From positions 78,554,001-78,618,000 of the forward strand of contig OX597825.1 in the NCBI GenBank assembly GCA_951406725.2: a stretch of 64,000 nt of DNA, written 5' to 3'. The notes under the pieces are model-generated. The model was not told where the DNA came from. It was given only the letters and a program-made list of their open reading frames with translations, and did not search any database. Shown in pieces: positions 41,110-54,828 of this stretch. A program made the position numbers and the translations under genes. How positions within the stretch are numbered: position 1 is the first letter of the stretch; each line of letters starts with the position of its first letter. This stretch comes from Octopus vulgaris (Eukaryota).

Positions 41110-41330
41110 GTTCTGGACTTACGACACTTTTGCATAAGGCCCTGCCCTATTTAACATTGTCCTGCAACCGATCAAAGGGAAAAGGACCCCATTTCCTTTA
41201 AACTGAATCTGGAGAAATATTTCTTCAAGGAATACTAGATAAGCCACCTATACTTGGATACAACTCACTCAACAAGAACTCCCTGCTCGAATGAACCATG
41301 ATACCACAAAACTTCACTTAAAAAGGATTT
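41110..41330 (+). mobile_element. Old CR1-like LINE 3' fragment
   Basis: GPALFNIV..DPISFKLNL..DKPP..NKNSLLE in broken frames parallels GPQLFNIL..FKMKLD..PDEP..SNSL of the 52.4-53.0 kb element. Confidence 0.5.
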
Positions 41331-41398
41331 GGCTAATCTTATCAGATGTTGCTATTAAGTTTGGTCGAGATATATCTAAATTTATCTAAGTTTGTTTA

Positions 41399-41798
41399 CA
41401 GAGTTGGCCAATTCAAAATTCCATTAATACTTAATATTCAATTTTATTTATTTGCAATCACTAATTTTATTTTCGATATTTGTCTATTAGCGAAGATTCG
41501 TATAAAATAATCTTTTGCTTTAATCCTGGAATTGAGCACCATGACGCGTAATCACGGAGGTGTGAGTTCGAGTCTCATAGCCAACCGCCAACACTTTTTT
41601 CTGCAAAATAAGGGTAGCTTATCCTGTTAAGGCTATATTATTAGCATTATCCTGCGTTTGAGAATTTAAAATCACTTCTTTAACTTTCTAAGACATCTCA
41701 ATTCTTCTAAAGCAAACTTCGTTTGTTTGTTTACGTTCATCGTAATTTGAATTTAAATTGGTTTTGATTTACTGTCAGGTGACTTTTGGCCAACCCTG
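41399..41798. mobile_element. Tc1/mariner-type MITE with TA TSD
   Basis: TA-CAGAGTTGGCCAA and TTGGCCAACCCTG-TA form a 12/13 inverted match. Confidence 0.6.
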
Positions 41799-41843
41799 TA
41801 TATTTGTATACGTATATACCTGTGTGTGTGTGTGTGTATTAAT

Positions 41844-41874
<31 letters not shown>

Positions 41875-42091
41875 ATATATATATATGAGTGTGTGTATTG
41901 AAACGGCTTGCAAGTAGAATCGATGGTGAGTAGGACAAAATGTATTTCTTCTGAATCTTTACATGAGGTCGATATTGGTTCTCATCCTTTCATGATCGAT
42001 AAGATAAGTACCAATTGAACACCGGGGTAGATGAATTCAATTTACCCACATCCTTTAAAATAGCCGGTCTTATGCCAAAATCTGAAACCAA

Positions 42092-42508
<417 letters not shown>

Positions 42509-44010
42509 ACTTTCTTTTATTAGCCACACAGGGCTGAAGACAGAGGGGACAAATACAAATGCAGAGCTTTTCTTTTCGAGGTTGGAAAAAAAAGAAAAAA
42601 AAAGAAAAAAAAAAAAGAAAAAAATGTAAGATTGCGATCAAAAGGGATCGAGAGGAGGAAAAAAAAGAAAAAAAGAAAATCGTGTATCACAGAAATAATG
42701 GTGTAAACATTGGTATAACAAGATTGGGTTCATCCGTGGAAAGAAAAGCCTACAAAAAAGACCACGGGAACCCCAGTCAGGGAGGAAATAAACACATGAG
42801 GTCAAAAATGCTCTCTTTCTTTCTTTTTTACGATCTACAGGATCATGCTCAAAATGGTTTCGTTACTAGCACGCACCATCTTTGCAACATTCACCCATCT
42901 TTTTTGAATCTTTCGCGAGACAAAACTTCCCTCTCCATTCTCACCTTCCTTTTCAAGTGGTACTTGAAAAAGTTGATGAGCGATTGGCCAGAGAGGTAAG
43001 TGTTTGTCTCTAATCCTTTCGCTCGAGTCCACCACACACATTCTTTCACCATGGCCACCAGTACGATGAAAACTGCCTTGCCTTCCCGGTTGAGGGAAGG
43101 GGGCGGAGCAATTCTCACGATAGACTCGGCCGATAGGCGGATTCGTCCCACACGTGACAGCAGCCGTTCGGCATAAGCCCACAGGTCGGAAATGGTTGGA
43201 CATTGCACGAGCGTGCAGAACGGTTTCGTCGCTCTGACCGCATCTCGGGCAAGTCGGTCCAGTGTGTCTGGAACCGTGTCTGTAGAGCTTATCCCGAACA
43301 GGTAATGCTTCTCGATAGCACTGCCAGGCCAGGGATCTTTGATGATTGTTCATAGGTCCCGGCCCGAAAGTTGTCCTGAACAGGCGGGTCAGGTGTTCCT
43401 CGACGCCCAGACTCTGCCCGAGTTCGTCGTCGCACCTCCCCTCCACTAATCCTCTATAGAATGCCTTTGTTGTGATGGAGTCGCACAAGTTCGATCCCGG
43501 ACGGCAGAGTTGCTTGAGAGCAACGCGACACTCGCGGTGCCATTCGCCTAGCCTCGGTCTCTGCTTGATCCATGACTGTAGTTCGTCCAAGGAGACGAGC
43601 TGCGGGAAAGCGCGCCGCACAAAAGGCGACCACCCCTGTTCACCGTTGTCTATGAAGCGCCGGAGATGTCGCAGTCTCAGCGCATGTCTGCGCATCATCA
43701 ACCACGGCATGCCCAGCCCTCCATTTAGCGGGTGTTGGCAGCAAATGGATCGCCTAACCATCGGAACGTTTCCCTTCCACAAGAAGCGGAAGAGTATGCG
43801 TTCCAGTTTGGTGATGGTAGGGTCGGGACAAGGCACGACGGTCAGACGATACTCGATGACGGATGCGATGTACGCGTTCGCCACCTCCGCCCGACCTTTT
43901 AGGGATAGCTTTCTCTCAGTCCATTTCTGGGTGAGAGTAGCCACCCTAGTCGTTATCTCGCCCCAGTTCTTCTCCATTTGGAGGTCCGGACCGAACCAGA
44001 CCCCGAGCAA
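42509..44010 (-). mobile_element. 5'-truncated Tx1/L1-clade LINE (RT C-terminal region, CCHC knuckle, 3' UTR) with frameshifts
   Basis: LGVWF..W..RKLSLKGR..N..FLWKG..P..GGLG..LPVRDKL..CPRCGQSDETVLH(x4)C; frameshifts near 43208 and near 42900; pyrimidine-rich 3' UTR ending in AATAAAAG. Confidence 0.92.
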
Positions 44011-44012
44011 TT

Positions 44013-44492
<480 letters not shown>

Positions 44493-45134
44493 GTCAAGTG
44501 TAATACTTCCGGAATGAATTTCCGCCTCAACATAGTACTGATAATTGCACGTGACCGAATATTTAGTAACTAAGGGTGATAATAGCATTTATTATGCAAA
44601 TGTTTTGCTTTTTATTTTGGGTTTTAGGGGTTTCTTTTATTACTTTTTCTGTCACAAACTTAAATTAAATGCGGTTCTTAAAAACAAGATGAAACCCTAT
44701 GGTATCCATTGCTTTTTTTTTTGTTTTGTTTCTTTTTGTCATAACTCCGTTTGCTCATGGGAAGAATTCGCTGCGTAAATATATCAAAGATGGAGGGGAA
44801 TCATAGAAAATGGTAAATTTTATTGGAAGCATGAAAATGCATTTAAAGGTTATGAGTGAAATATTTATAATTTTTTTATGGCACGATTATTCGAGAGTTA
44901 TCAATGGTATTTGGTGAGTTACATTTTATTTTGGTTATTTATCATAAAATTTTATACATACGCGCATACACACACATACACACACATGTGCATACATACA
45001 TACATGTTTATATATATTTATATATTTGTGCATATGTGTATTCGTGTACATGTGTTTATGAATGCATGTGCCTTGTATGCATCTATGCCTGTGCGTGTAT
45101 GTGTGCGTGCGTGCGTGCGTGTACGTGTGCGTGG

Positions 45135-45231
<97 letters not shown>

Positions 45232-45374
45232 CACGTGCGTGCATTTGTGTTTCGTTATTAGAAACACCCTGCACTGTGACCTCGAATCGAGTTTTCGACG
45301 AGAAATCCTTGACAACGAACGCATACATATACAAACACATGCACCCACATTACGCACACATACATCTACGCATA

Positions 45375-45405
<31 letters not shown>

Positions 45406-45457
45406 CATACATACATATATGGCTGGATGGAGAGAGAGAGAGAGAGAAAGAGATGTA

Positions 45458-45503
<46 letters not shown>

Positions 45504-46177
45504 TTTACTTGCATATATATATATATATATATACATACAAACATTCATGTGGATATTTTTGTGTGTGTATGTGTATGTTGGTGTGTGGGTGTGTATACGT
45601 GTGGATGCGTGTGTATGCGTATACACGTAGCTAATTGGCTATTTACAAACAAAAGGGGACAATACTTGAACATTTGAACATTGGAATAACCCCTGACATT
45701 ATTGAAACGAAAAGAAAGAAATTTTTTATAATCAATTATTTAATTGTATTTTACTTCGGAGTTTCACCGTTTCTAATGGCTTTCTTTGGAGGATACAATA
45801 AAACATGCTTCAAATGTGAAAAAAAAAATTAGAATAAAATAGAATAAAAATTAAGCTGTTTGTTCATTGTAAAAATTCGATTAGATCGAGAAAACGATAG
45901 TTTTGAGGCAGCGGTTATACTGCAATACGAGCTGTGTGTCTTTAGAGATAGTTAAGCTCAGGAACAACATATCGTTAGAACAATGTTTGGATACTAAAAC
46001 GTCAATTAATAATATCATAAACTTTGTCAGTGAAGCTGCTTTCATTTGAAATTACTGAGTCTTTTAATTAAATGTCTTAAAGCGTTTCCTCACAGTGGAG
46101 TAATAACTCCTTGAATAAAAATAATAGTGTCCAAATATCACCTTAACTTCCATCTTGGCATTGAAATTTATTCTTAA

Positions 46178-46719
46178 CTAGCAGCATAGCCCGGCTTTGC
46201 CCGGGTATGTAAGAGCCCCTAGTAGGCAACGACTAATCCCAATCTAGTCCTTTCCCTCTAGGGAACGAAGGCGCATGTGTAGGTTGCAATGTCTTCTCTT
46301 CACTCGAATACTTCTGTGTATACGAATGTTCCTAGCGATTTCCCTAAATGGCATGATTTTATCGATTTTTTCTGATGATAAGGTATTGCATGGAAAACTA
46401 ACGTCAGAATTAAGTTTCTTAGGGTAACATTAAACTTCACCATGAGTTTGGTGAAAATCGATTGCAAGTTGCGAAAACTACAACAAAAAATGTGTTGCAT
46501 ATAAAAAGCTTAGATTCTCGACCCCATGTCGAATTTATCGATTTCAGAACTGGGGGAACTTTTCAAAATTTTCTCTGCGTTAGTTTTGAGTTATGACATT
46601 GGGCTATGTGTGTGTCAAGTTTCATCAGAATCGGTAGAAAGCCGTGGTCAGGGTGAGGGTACAACCTGACAGACACACAGACACACAGACAGACAAACTG
46701 CCGTTTATATAGAGAGAGA
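46178..46719 (-). mobile_element. Non-autonomous Helitron with intact termini
   Basis: The minus strand starts TC (tctctctctatataaac, followed by gtct-type repeats) and ends cccgg-gcaaag-ccggg, 8 nt, CTAG; inserted between A and T with no TSD. Confidence 0.88.
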
Positions 46720-46849
46720 TGTATGTGTGTTTGTGTGTGTATGTATGCGGGCATGTGCGTGTGTGTGTGTATGTGTGTGTGTGCGTGTCAAAGGTATTCC
46801 ATCCGTGACCATCCCGTTGCTCCTGCGTTTTAGAGGCATATTATCGCTT

Positions 46850-47402
46850 GCCTTTTACTTGTTTCAGTCATTAGGGTACGGACCATGCTGGGGCACTATC
46901 TACAAAGGGATTAGTCGAACAAATGAAACCCAGCGGTCACTTTTATTTTAAAGTCTGGTACTTACTCTGTTAAGTGCATTTAACGAACTGCTAAGTGGCG
47001 AGGGCGTAAACAAATTAAGAAATGGTGGTGATGGAGGGGGGTGAAGAAACAAAAACACAAAGATACATGCACACCTAAATATATGTGCTTGTATGTGTGT
47101 GTGTGTGTGTGTGCGTGTGTGTGTGTGTACGTGTGTGTGTGTGCGTGTATTATATAGATACATATATGCTTATATACATATACGTATAATATATATATGT
47201 GTGTATGTGTACTTGTGTGTCTGTGTTTGTCCCCCACCATCGTTTGACAACCGACGCTGGTCTGTTTACGTCCCCGAAACCTAGCGGTTCGGCAAAAGAG
47301 AACGACAGAATGAGTAGTAATCTTACAAAGAATAAGCCTGGAGTCGAGACGGTGCTCCACCATGTCCGCAGTGAAATTACTGAAGCAAGTAAAAGAACAA
47401 AA

Positions 47403-47454
<52 letters not shown>

Positions 47455-47600
47455 GGATTCCTCATAATTTCCTATCAAAATTCTCCCATAAGACATTGGG
47501 TGGTCCGGGGTTATAGTAGACGACACTTGCCCGAAGTGTTTTGCGGTGAGACCGAAACTGGACCCACCTGGTAGCAAAGAGAGCTTCTTCATCACAGGAG
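46850..47600. mobile_element. SINE A/B modules: B (minus, 46850-47060), B (plus, 47220-47405), A (minus, 47455-47595)
   Basis: All match modules of the full copy at 59838-60237. Confidence 0.75.
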
Positions 47601-47657
47601 TACATTTTCTATGACATTCCTTTATTTCAGAGACAAGCATGAGACAATGAGGATGTG

Positions 47658-47705
<48 letters not shown>

Positions 47706-48249
47706 CTGCTATTTCTAATTAGGACAAAAAAAATGTTTTTGACAAACTATGTACTCCTATGTTGAATGGACTTAGTCAATCCCTTCTGTGTAATGTTTTA
47801 AATTAAATTTAAATTCTACAGTTGTCTACACTGCTTTCCTTCATCAGAATTTATTATTAGAATAATGAGTTCTTCTTCATCATTATAAGAGTCATTTTAA
47901 TTAATTGATTAATTAGTTAAAATTTCTTGGTTCATTAGATTAAGTATGCTTATGCCCACTTTACTGAAGAATTACTGGATCACGTGGGTTGATTTACTAT
48001 TATGCGAGTAAACAGAAGTGGAAGAAAATGGTTTCGAATTTTGGAACAAGACCAGTAATTACATCGATCCACCCTTGCATCGACCCTCACCACGATGAAA
48101 GGAAAAATTTGGCCTTGGCAGGATTTGAACTCAGAACCCAACGAGTGGGGGAAAATGAAAAGTAAGCTTTGTGTTCGACTCACTGGTGACGGTGTCAGCT
48201 CGTCGCCTTAAAATGGAACCATTTTTAATAAATACAATTGTTGAGTATT

Positions 48250-48637
48250 GATGGAAGCACTCCGTCGGTTACGACGATGAGGGTTCCGGTTGATCCGAAT
48301 CAACGGAACAGCCTGCTCGTGAAATTAACGTGTAAGTGGCTGAGCACTCCACAGACACGTGCACCTTTAACGTAGTTCTCGGGAATATTCAGCGTGACAC
48401 AGAGAGTGACAAGGCCGGCCCTTTGAAATACAGGTACAACAGAAACAGGAAGTAAGAGTGAGAGAAAGTTGTAGTGAAAGAGTACAGCAGGGATCACCAC
48501 CATCCCCTGCCGGAGCCTCGTGGAGCTTTTAGGTGTTTTCGCTCAATAAACACTCACAACGCCCGGTCTGGGAATCGAAACCGCGATCCTATGACCGTGA
48601 GTCCGCTGCCCTAACCACTGGGCCATTGACCCTCCAC
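48250..48637 (-). mobile_element. Full-length SINE family D with an 11-bp TSD
   Basis: Head with A and B boxes at 48570-48637; TGTTGAGTATT at 48239-48249 and 48638-48648. Confidence 0.92.
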
Positions 48638-48711
48638 TGTTGAGTATTAAATACCCGATATCACCTGCCGCATGAAAAGTTAATTGTAAAATTGGCGCCC
48701 CCATACTTAAA

Positions 48712-49650
48712 GGCAGTGATATGGTAGAATTGTTAGTGCAGCGAACAAAATTCACAGCAGTGTATGTTTCAGATATTTACGCTCTCTGTCCAAATTCTAC
48801 TGGATTCAACTTGACCTTCGACTCTCTGGTGTTGGTAAAATAAAGTATTAATCCCGTCGACGGCTTCCCCTAATCCTCTCTTCGCCAGCCCCTCTACTTT
48901 TAAGCTTTGTATCTATATTAATTTCAAAATTTTGAAAAAGGCTAGCAATTTGGGGGTAGGGTTTAAGTCGATTACAACGACCCCAGTGTTCAACTGGTAT
49001 TTATTTTATCGATCTCGAAAGGATGAAAGGCAAAGTCGAGCTTGGCCGTTTTTGAACTCAGGACGTGAAGACGGACAAAATGCCGTTAAGTATTTTGTAC
49101 GTGGAATACAAGCAATTCTGCCACTTTGCCGGACAAAATGCTTTGCAGCATTTTGTCCGGCGTGCTAACGATTCTTATTTCTTTACTACCCACAAGGATC
49201 TAAACATAGAGGGGACAAACAAGGACAGACAAAGGGATTAAGTCGATTACATCGACCCCAGTGAGTAAGTGGTACTATATTTATCGACCCCGAAAGGATG
49301 AAAGGCAAAGTCGACCTCAGTGGAATTTGAACTCAGAACGTAACGACAGATGAAATACGGCTAAGCATTTCGCCGGGCGTGCGAACGATTCTGCTACCTT
49401 GCCGCCGTAAGCCTTGCAGCTATATTAGGAATAATTATTTAAGGCGATAGAGTGGCGAAATCGTTAAAGCACTAGAAGAAATGCCTTTCGGTATTTGCTC
49501 TGGATCTCTGCTTTCTGATTTCAAATCTCAGCCAGGTCAAATTTGCCTTGAGTCTTATTTTCAGGATCGATAAAATAACGAACCATTCAAGTATTGTGGA
49601 TCGAAGTAACTGACTCCCCGATGTCTGATTTTGTATCTATATCAGAATCA
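48712..49650. mobile_element. Dense cluster of SINE family C copies (plus, minus, minus, plus)
   Basis: Copies at about 48712-48850 (+), 48920-49175 (-), 49172-49410 (-, best preserved) and 49442-49650 (+). Confidence 0.8.
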
Positions 49651-51100
49651 ATACCTGTTCCTACCCTTTATTTCCGAGCATCCAGGAAGGTGTAGTGAAT
49701 TTGCTTGTATTTAACTGACAAGATGTTGTCTTCTGTAGAATAAAAAGCCAGCAGGTCACCATTTTTGCATTCTCCGAAAAAGTTTCCATAACGAGCACAT
49801 AACTGTTATTTATAAAGTCACTAAGGAAACGTTCGTAACACGATAGCACAGAAAGAAATCATACTTGATCCGAGAAGTCAAGAAATGCTACTTGACACGT
49901 AACTTTATCTTTTGTCTTTCGTTTCAATTATTAGACTGCAGCCATGCTGGAGCACCGTGCATCTGCACATATATCTTCATAGCGGGGCAAGATTTTTCGA
50001 AGAGCACAAACAGTTGTCTATGCAATGCAAGAGAACCCACCACTTCATCAGTATTTACCTAAAGGAAAGGCCACCGATTTGAGGCGAAATAGTTTGGCAC
50101 CAGTGGATCTAAAACGTTGCCATCAGAACGCAAAGAGAGAGTCGGAGCTCCCCCCCCCACCGGCCCTCTAATACTTCCAATAATTTATCGCCCTGCATTT
50201 TTACTTTTCTATCAACACTGAAAGGAAGAGAAGCAAAGTTGACCTTAGCGAGAATTGAACACAGAGTGTAGAGGATTGGAAAAGACACCGTGAGGCATTC
50301 AACCCAAAGCCCTGCCAACTATGCCAATTCACCGTCTCGGTAAGATGAGACAATCATGGTATTTTAATTAAAATTCTGTGGTGCCTACACAGTCTTTATG
50401 TTACTTCTATTTTGGGTCGTATGGAGGTGACCTCTGCCTCGTAAATTATTGCTTCTGAATTGCAAAAAATGTCGAGTGGGAATATATTTAGGTTTCTGCA
50501 CGAGTATATATCTTAGGTTTTTGTTGACGACTGCGTACAATAATGTATTTTGTTTCTTTATCATGTTGGTATAATGACACCCAATGCAGCGAGAAGATGA
50601 TATTCTTAACAGCGCGGTAGAAACTTTTCTAGCATCAAAGGAGTGGCATCGAATTATATGGCTGATACTCTGAACTTCCAGTAGAATATTAGCATCACCG
50701 GGAAACCATTCTGTTGCTCCATGCGAAATATATCTTGACTTTAATCCATTTGTGATTTATGATCGTAATCTTGTTTCAATGAAGTCCAAACGCCGCAGGC
50801 AGGAAATCTTGGAGTAGGAAATAAAAATTAGTGCATGATTCTACTGGTCATAAAGAAGCAATTCCTTACGTTAATTCCTCTCGAGATGATAGCGAGAATG
50901 AAAGAGAGTTTTAGGAAGACAGACAGAGAGAGAGAGAGGGGCAAACAGACAGAAATTAGAAGAAAACGATGAACGGATTCTTTGCTTAATATATCAAATT
51001 CCAACAAATAGATGAAACTACATTTTCTACAGAGTTCATGCAGAGAGTATAAATGTTCTAATTGTTGGTCACTCTGTATTATACTGGAAAAATATAAAAG

Positions 51101-51140
<40 letters not shown>

Positions 51141-51144
51141 CATA

Positions 51145-51213
<69 letters not shown>

Positions 51214-51266
51214 TATAAATATAAAAGTATATATACATATATATATATATATATATACATACATAC

Positions 51267-51306
<40 letters not shown>

Positions 51307-51411
51307 ACACATGCACACACATATACACACATACACGCACGCATGCTTATATCTATATCTAAATATCATCGTATATAATAGATACAAAGATAGATAGTTA
51401 GATAGACAGAT

Positions 51412-51452
<41 letters not shown>

Positions 51453-51513
51453 ACTTAAATATATATGCACATACCTATATATATATATATATATTATATA
51501 ATCATACATACAA

Positions 51514-51544
<31 letters not shown>

Positions 51545-52174
51545 TATCCATGTATATGTATAAAGGCATATATTGAATTATGGTAAGATTTACGATTAAT
51601 ACCCATGGATTTGTTGTGGAATACTGTTAGAGAGATCACAGAGGACTATGCGCGTGTGTGTACGTATACATACCAAAATGGCTGCTATGAAATTATGAAA
51701 GGAAAAATCTGTGTACACGCGCAGGCGAACCTGCATGCGGGTGTATGTTGGAGGATGAATGTGTCGGTGAAAATAATATGGAGATAAGTGAATAAATCTT
51801 TTAAATTATCTTTCTGGTTACTTTATAATTCTTAGTTGAAATCCTACTGAGGTGGACCATAAATGATATCCCATCAACCCGGTTTCGATTTCCGGTCCCT
51901 CCAACTTACTTATCACTAATCACGAAAGAAATATACTTTTTAATCACACACACCACCACTTCACCCACAAAGCATAGAGAACGAGATAAAATAAGAACTT
52001 CTTAAAATAGGACTTCATGGAGACATATTTTTAGCATTACATATGATTGTCGAATAGATAAGGGAGCGAATACTGAACTGCGCAGTGACTGGTTCGAATC
52101 CTGGACGATATTGGATTATAACTTATACTGCAAATATGAACCAGGGACAAGGAAAAAGAAAAGTAGTTTTAGTA

Positions 52175-52214
<40 letters not shown>

Positions 52215-52352
52215 AAACACATGTACACCACTTGCAAGCAACGGCACAAATGGAGAGCTACTTAAAATAGTTGATAGATCGATAGACAGATATAGTTATA
52301 CATGAATATGTATGATATATGTATATATATACATATGTATGTATATATACAC

Positions 52353-52401
<49 letters not shown>

Positions 52402-52410
<9 letters not shown>

Positions 52411-53016
52411 CTAGTTTCAGCTCACAAGCTGTGGCCATGCTGGGGCACCGCCATTTGGTCTTGCTACATGATTTTACTTCACGAATGCTTTTTAGCAATT
52501 GCCATTTGGTGCATGAGAGAGTTCGATGCAGCTGCCCTCATCTGCACCTCCTGCCGTGAAGTTGGTTCATCTGGGATACCTGACAAGAAGAGATCCAGTT
52601 TCATTTTAAAGACATCTGCTTCCACCCCATGCAGGTCTCTTAGGTTCTTCGGGAGGATATTGAAGAGCTGTGGGCCTCGGAAGCCCAGGCTATCACAGTA
52701 TCTTGTCCTACATCTTGATGGCAAATTTGGAATCCTTGGCACTATGCAGTAGCGCCCAGTTCTGGCATTTGTGTAACTCTCAATGCCAAAGTTTGAGACA
52801 CGTTCTTCTAGGATCTTCCAGATGTATATTATGGCATATCTTTCTCGCCTACGCTCTAAGGAATAGAGTCTCAAACTCTTTAGTCTTTCCCAATAGCTTA
52901 TATGCTGCACAGAGGCTATCTTCTTCGTGTAGCTTCGTTGGATCGCCTCAAGTTCTGTGGTTAACTTGACACTGGATGGTGACCATAGCTGAGAGCAATA
53001 GTCAAAGTGGCTTAGG

Positions 53017-53020
<4 letters not shown>
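52402..53020 (-). mobile_element. 5'-truncated CR1-clade LINE with an open ORF2 C-terminus, inside (TA)n
   Basis: SHFDYCSQLWSP..LEAIQR..TKKI..SYWERLKSLRLYSLERRRER..GPQLFNILP..FKMKLD; short 3' UTR and A tail; (TA)n on both sides. Confidence 0.92.
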
Positions 53021-53078
<58 letters not shown>

Positions 53079-53156
53079 ATTATTAAATAAATAGTACAAT
53101 ATTATCGACTGCTATTTCCAGTAAATACTGATGCATTGTTGTACCAATATTGTATA

Positions 53157-53198
<42 letters not shown>

Positions 53199-53214
53199 TA
53201 TATAAATATATACA

Positions 53215-53268
<54 letters not shown>

Positions 53269-53282
53269 CATATATATATATG

Positions 53283-53314
<32 letters not shown>

Positions 53315-53409
53315 CATATATATGTACATATATATATGTATACATATATATATATATACATATACTCATACATATACTATGTATATATGTATATACTCAA
53401 GTAAATACA

Positions 53410-53455
<46 letters not shown>

Positions 53456-53782
53456 ACACACAAAGACACGCATACACACACGCGCGTGCGCACGCACGCG
53501 CAAACCTGCATATCTTGTAGGAATGTATTGACTCGCCAGAAATGTAGGCAGAAATTGGGACATCTTGACGAGCAGCGACTGGGGGAGACCAGCAGCGTGG
53601 CGGAGGTTTTATGTTTGTATACAACAGGACGACAATCTATTTTGAAAGAAGATATCTGTGAGAGAAAATTTTCTCTGTTTTTTATTTGGGCTTTTTTTGT
53701 TTGGCTTTTTTTGTCGGCGGTTCTTGATGCCTTTCTTTGCGAGGAAAACAATGGTCCTATATTTGATTTCGATATACATACA

Positions 53783-53917
<135 letters not shown>

Positions 53918-54090
53918 TTGTGTATATATATATATATATATATATATACGTATATATATAAAAATATATATATATACATATATATACATATATATATATA
54001 TACATATATATATGTGTATATATATATAGTTTAAATTTACAGAAAAAAAGAAAACGTATTATTTTATATATGTATATTATTTTATATATG

Positions 54091-54173
<83 letters not shown>

Positions 54174-54202
54174 TTCAAGTTTACAGAAAACAAAAGACGA
54201 AA

Positions 54203-54238
<36 letters not shown>

Positions 54239-54314
54239 ATAAATATTATTCAAAAATCATTAATTATTTTAATATACTTGTACGCATGTCTGGCAAGTAT
54301 ACCATGTCTGGTTA

Positions 54315-54500
54315 GCTGGAGACGTAATTAGTACGCCGGGCAAAAACGCTTAGCGGCATATCGTCCTGGTTTGCGTTCGGGGTTCAAACTCCGCTGACGC
54401 CGACTTTGCCCATTTGTTCACTAAGATCGATGAAATCGAATTATACCACCCCTACCCCCGGTGTCCCCGAAATTGCTGGCCTTGTGCCAAAATTTGATAC
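54315..54500 (+). mobile_element. SINE family C, degenerate
   Basis: ttagtacgccgggc..gcttagcggcat..ggggttcaaactccgctgacgccgactttgcc..aaattgctggccttgtgccaaaatttga. Confidence 0.75.
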
Positions 54501-54628
54501 TAATAGACATATATGCGTGTTCATCTCTGTATATACATACATATATGTACATATACATATATATGCCTATATATATCCATGGATATATTCTTATACGTAT
54601 ATGTATATATGTACATATACATATATAT

Positions 54629-54710
<82 letters not shown>

Positions 54711-54770
54711 GGTATCAATAATAATAATAATAATAGCTATAAAAATAAAAATAATAATAATAATAATAAC

Positions 54771-54827
<57 letters not shown>

Positions 54828-54828
54828 A

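Noticed and set aside
53511-53660. Possible coding exon after tcttgtag
   Set aside because: No recognisable protein in any frame and no convincing donor site; unsupported without RNA data.
54406-54828. N-terminal extension of the 357-aa ORF
   Set aside because: It is SINE and microsatellite sequence that happens to be in frame; the LINE-derived part starts at 54829.
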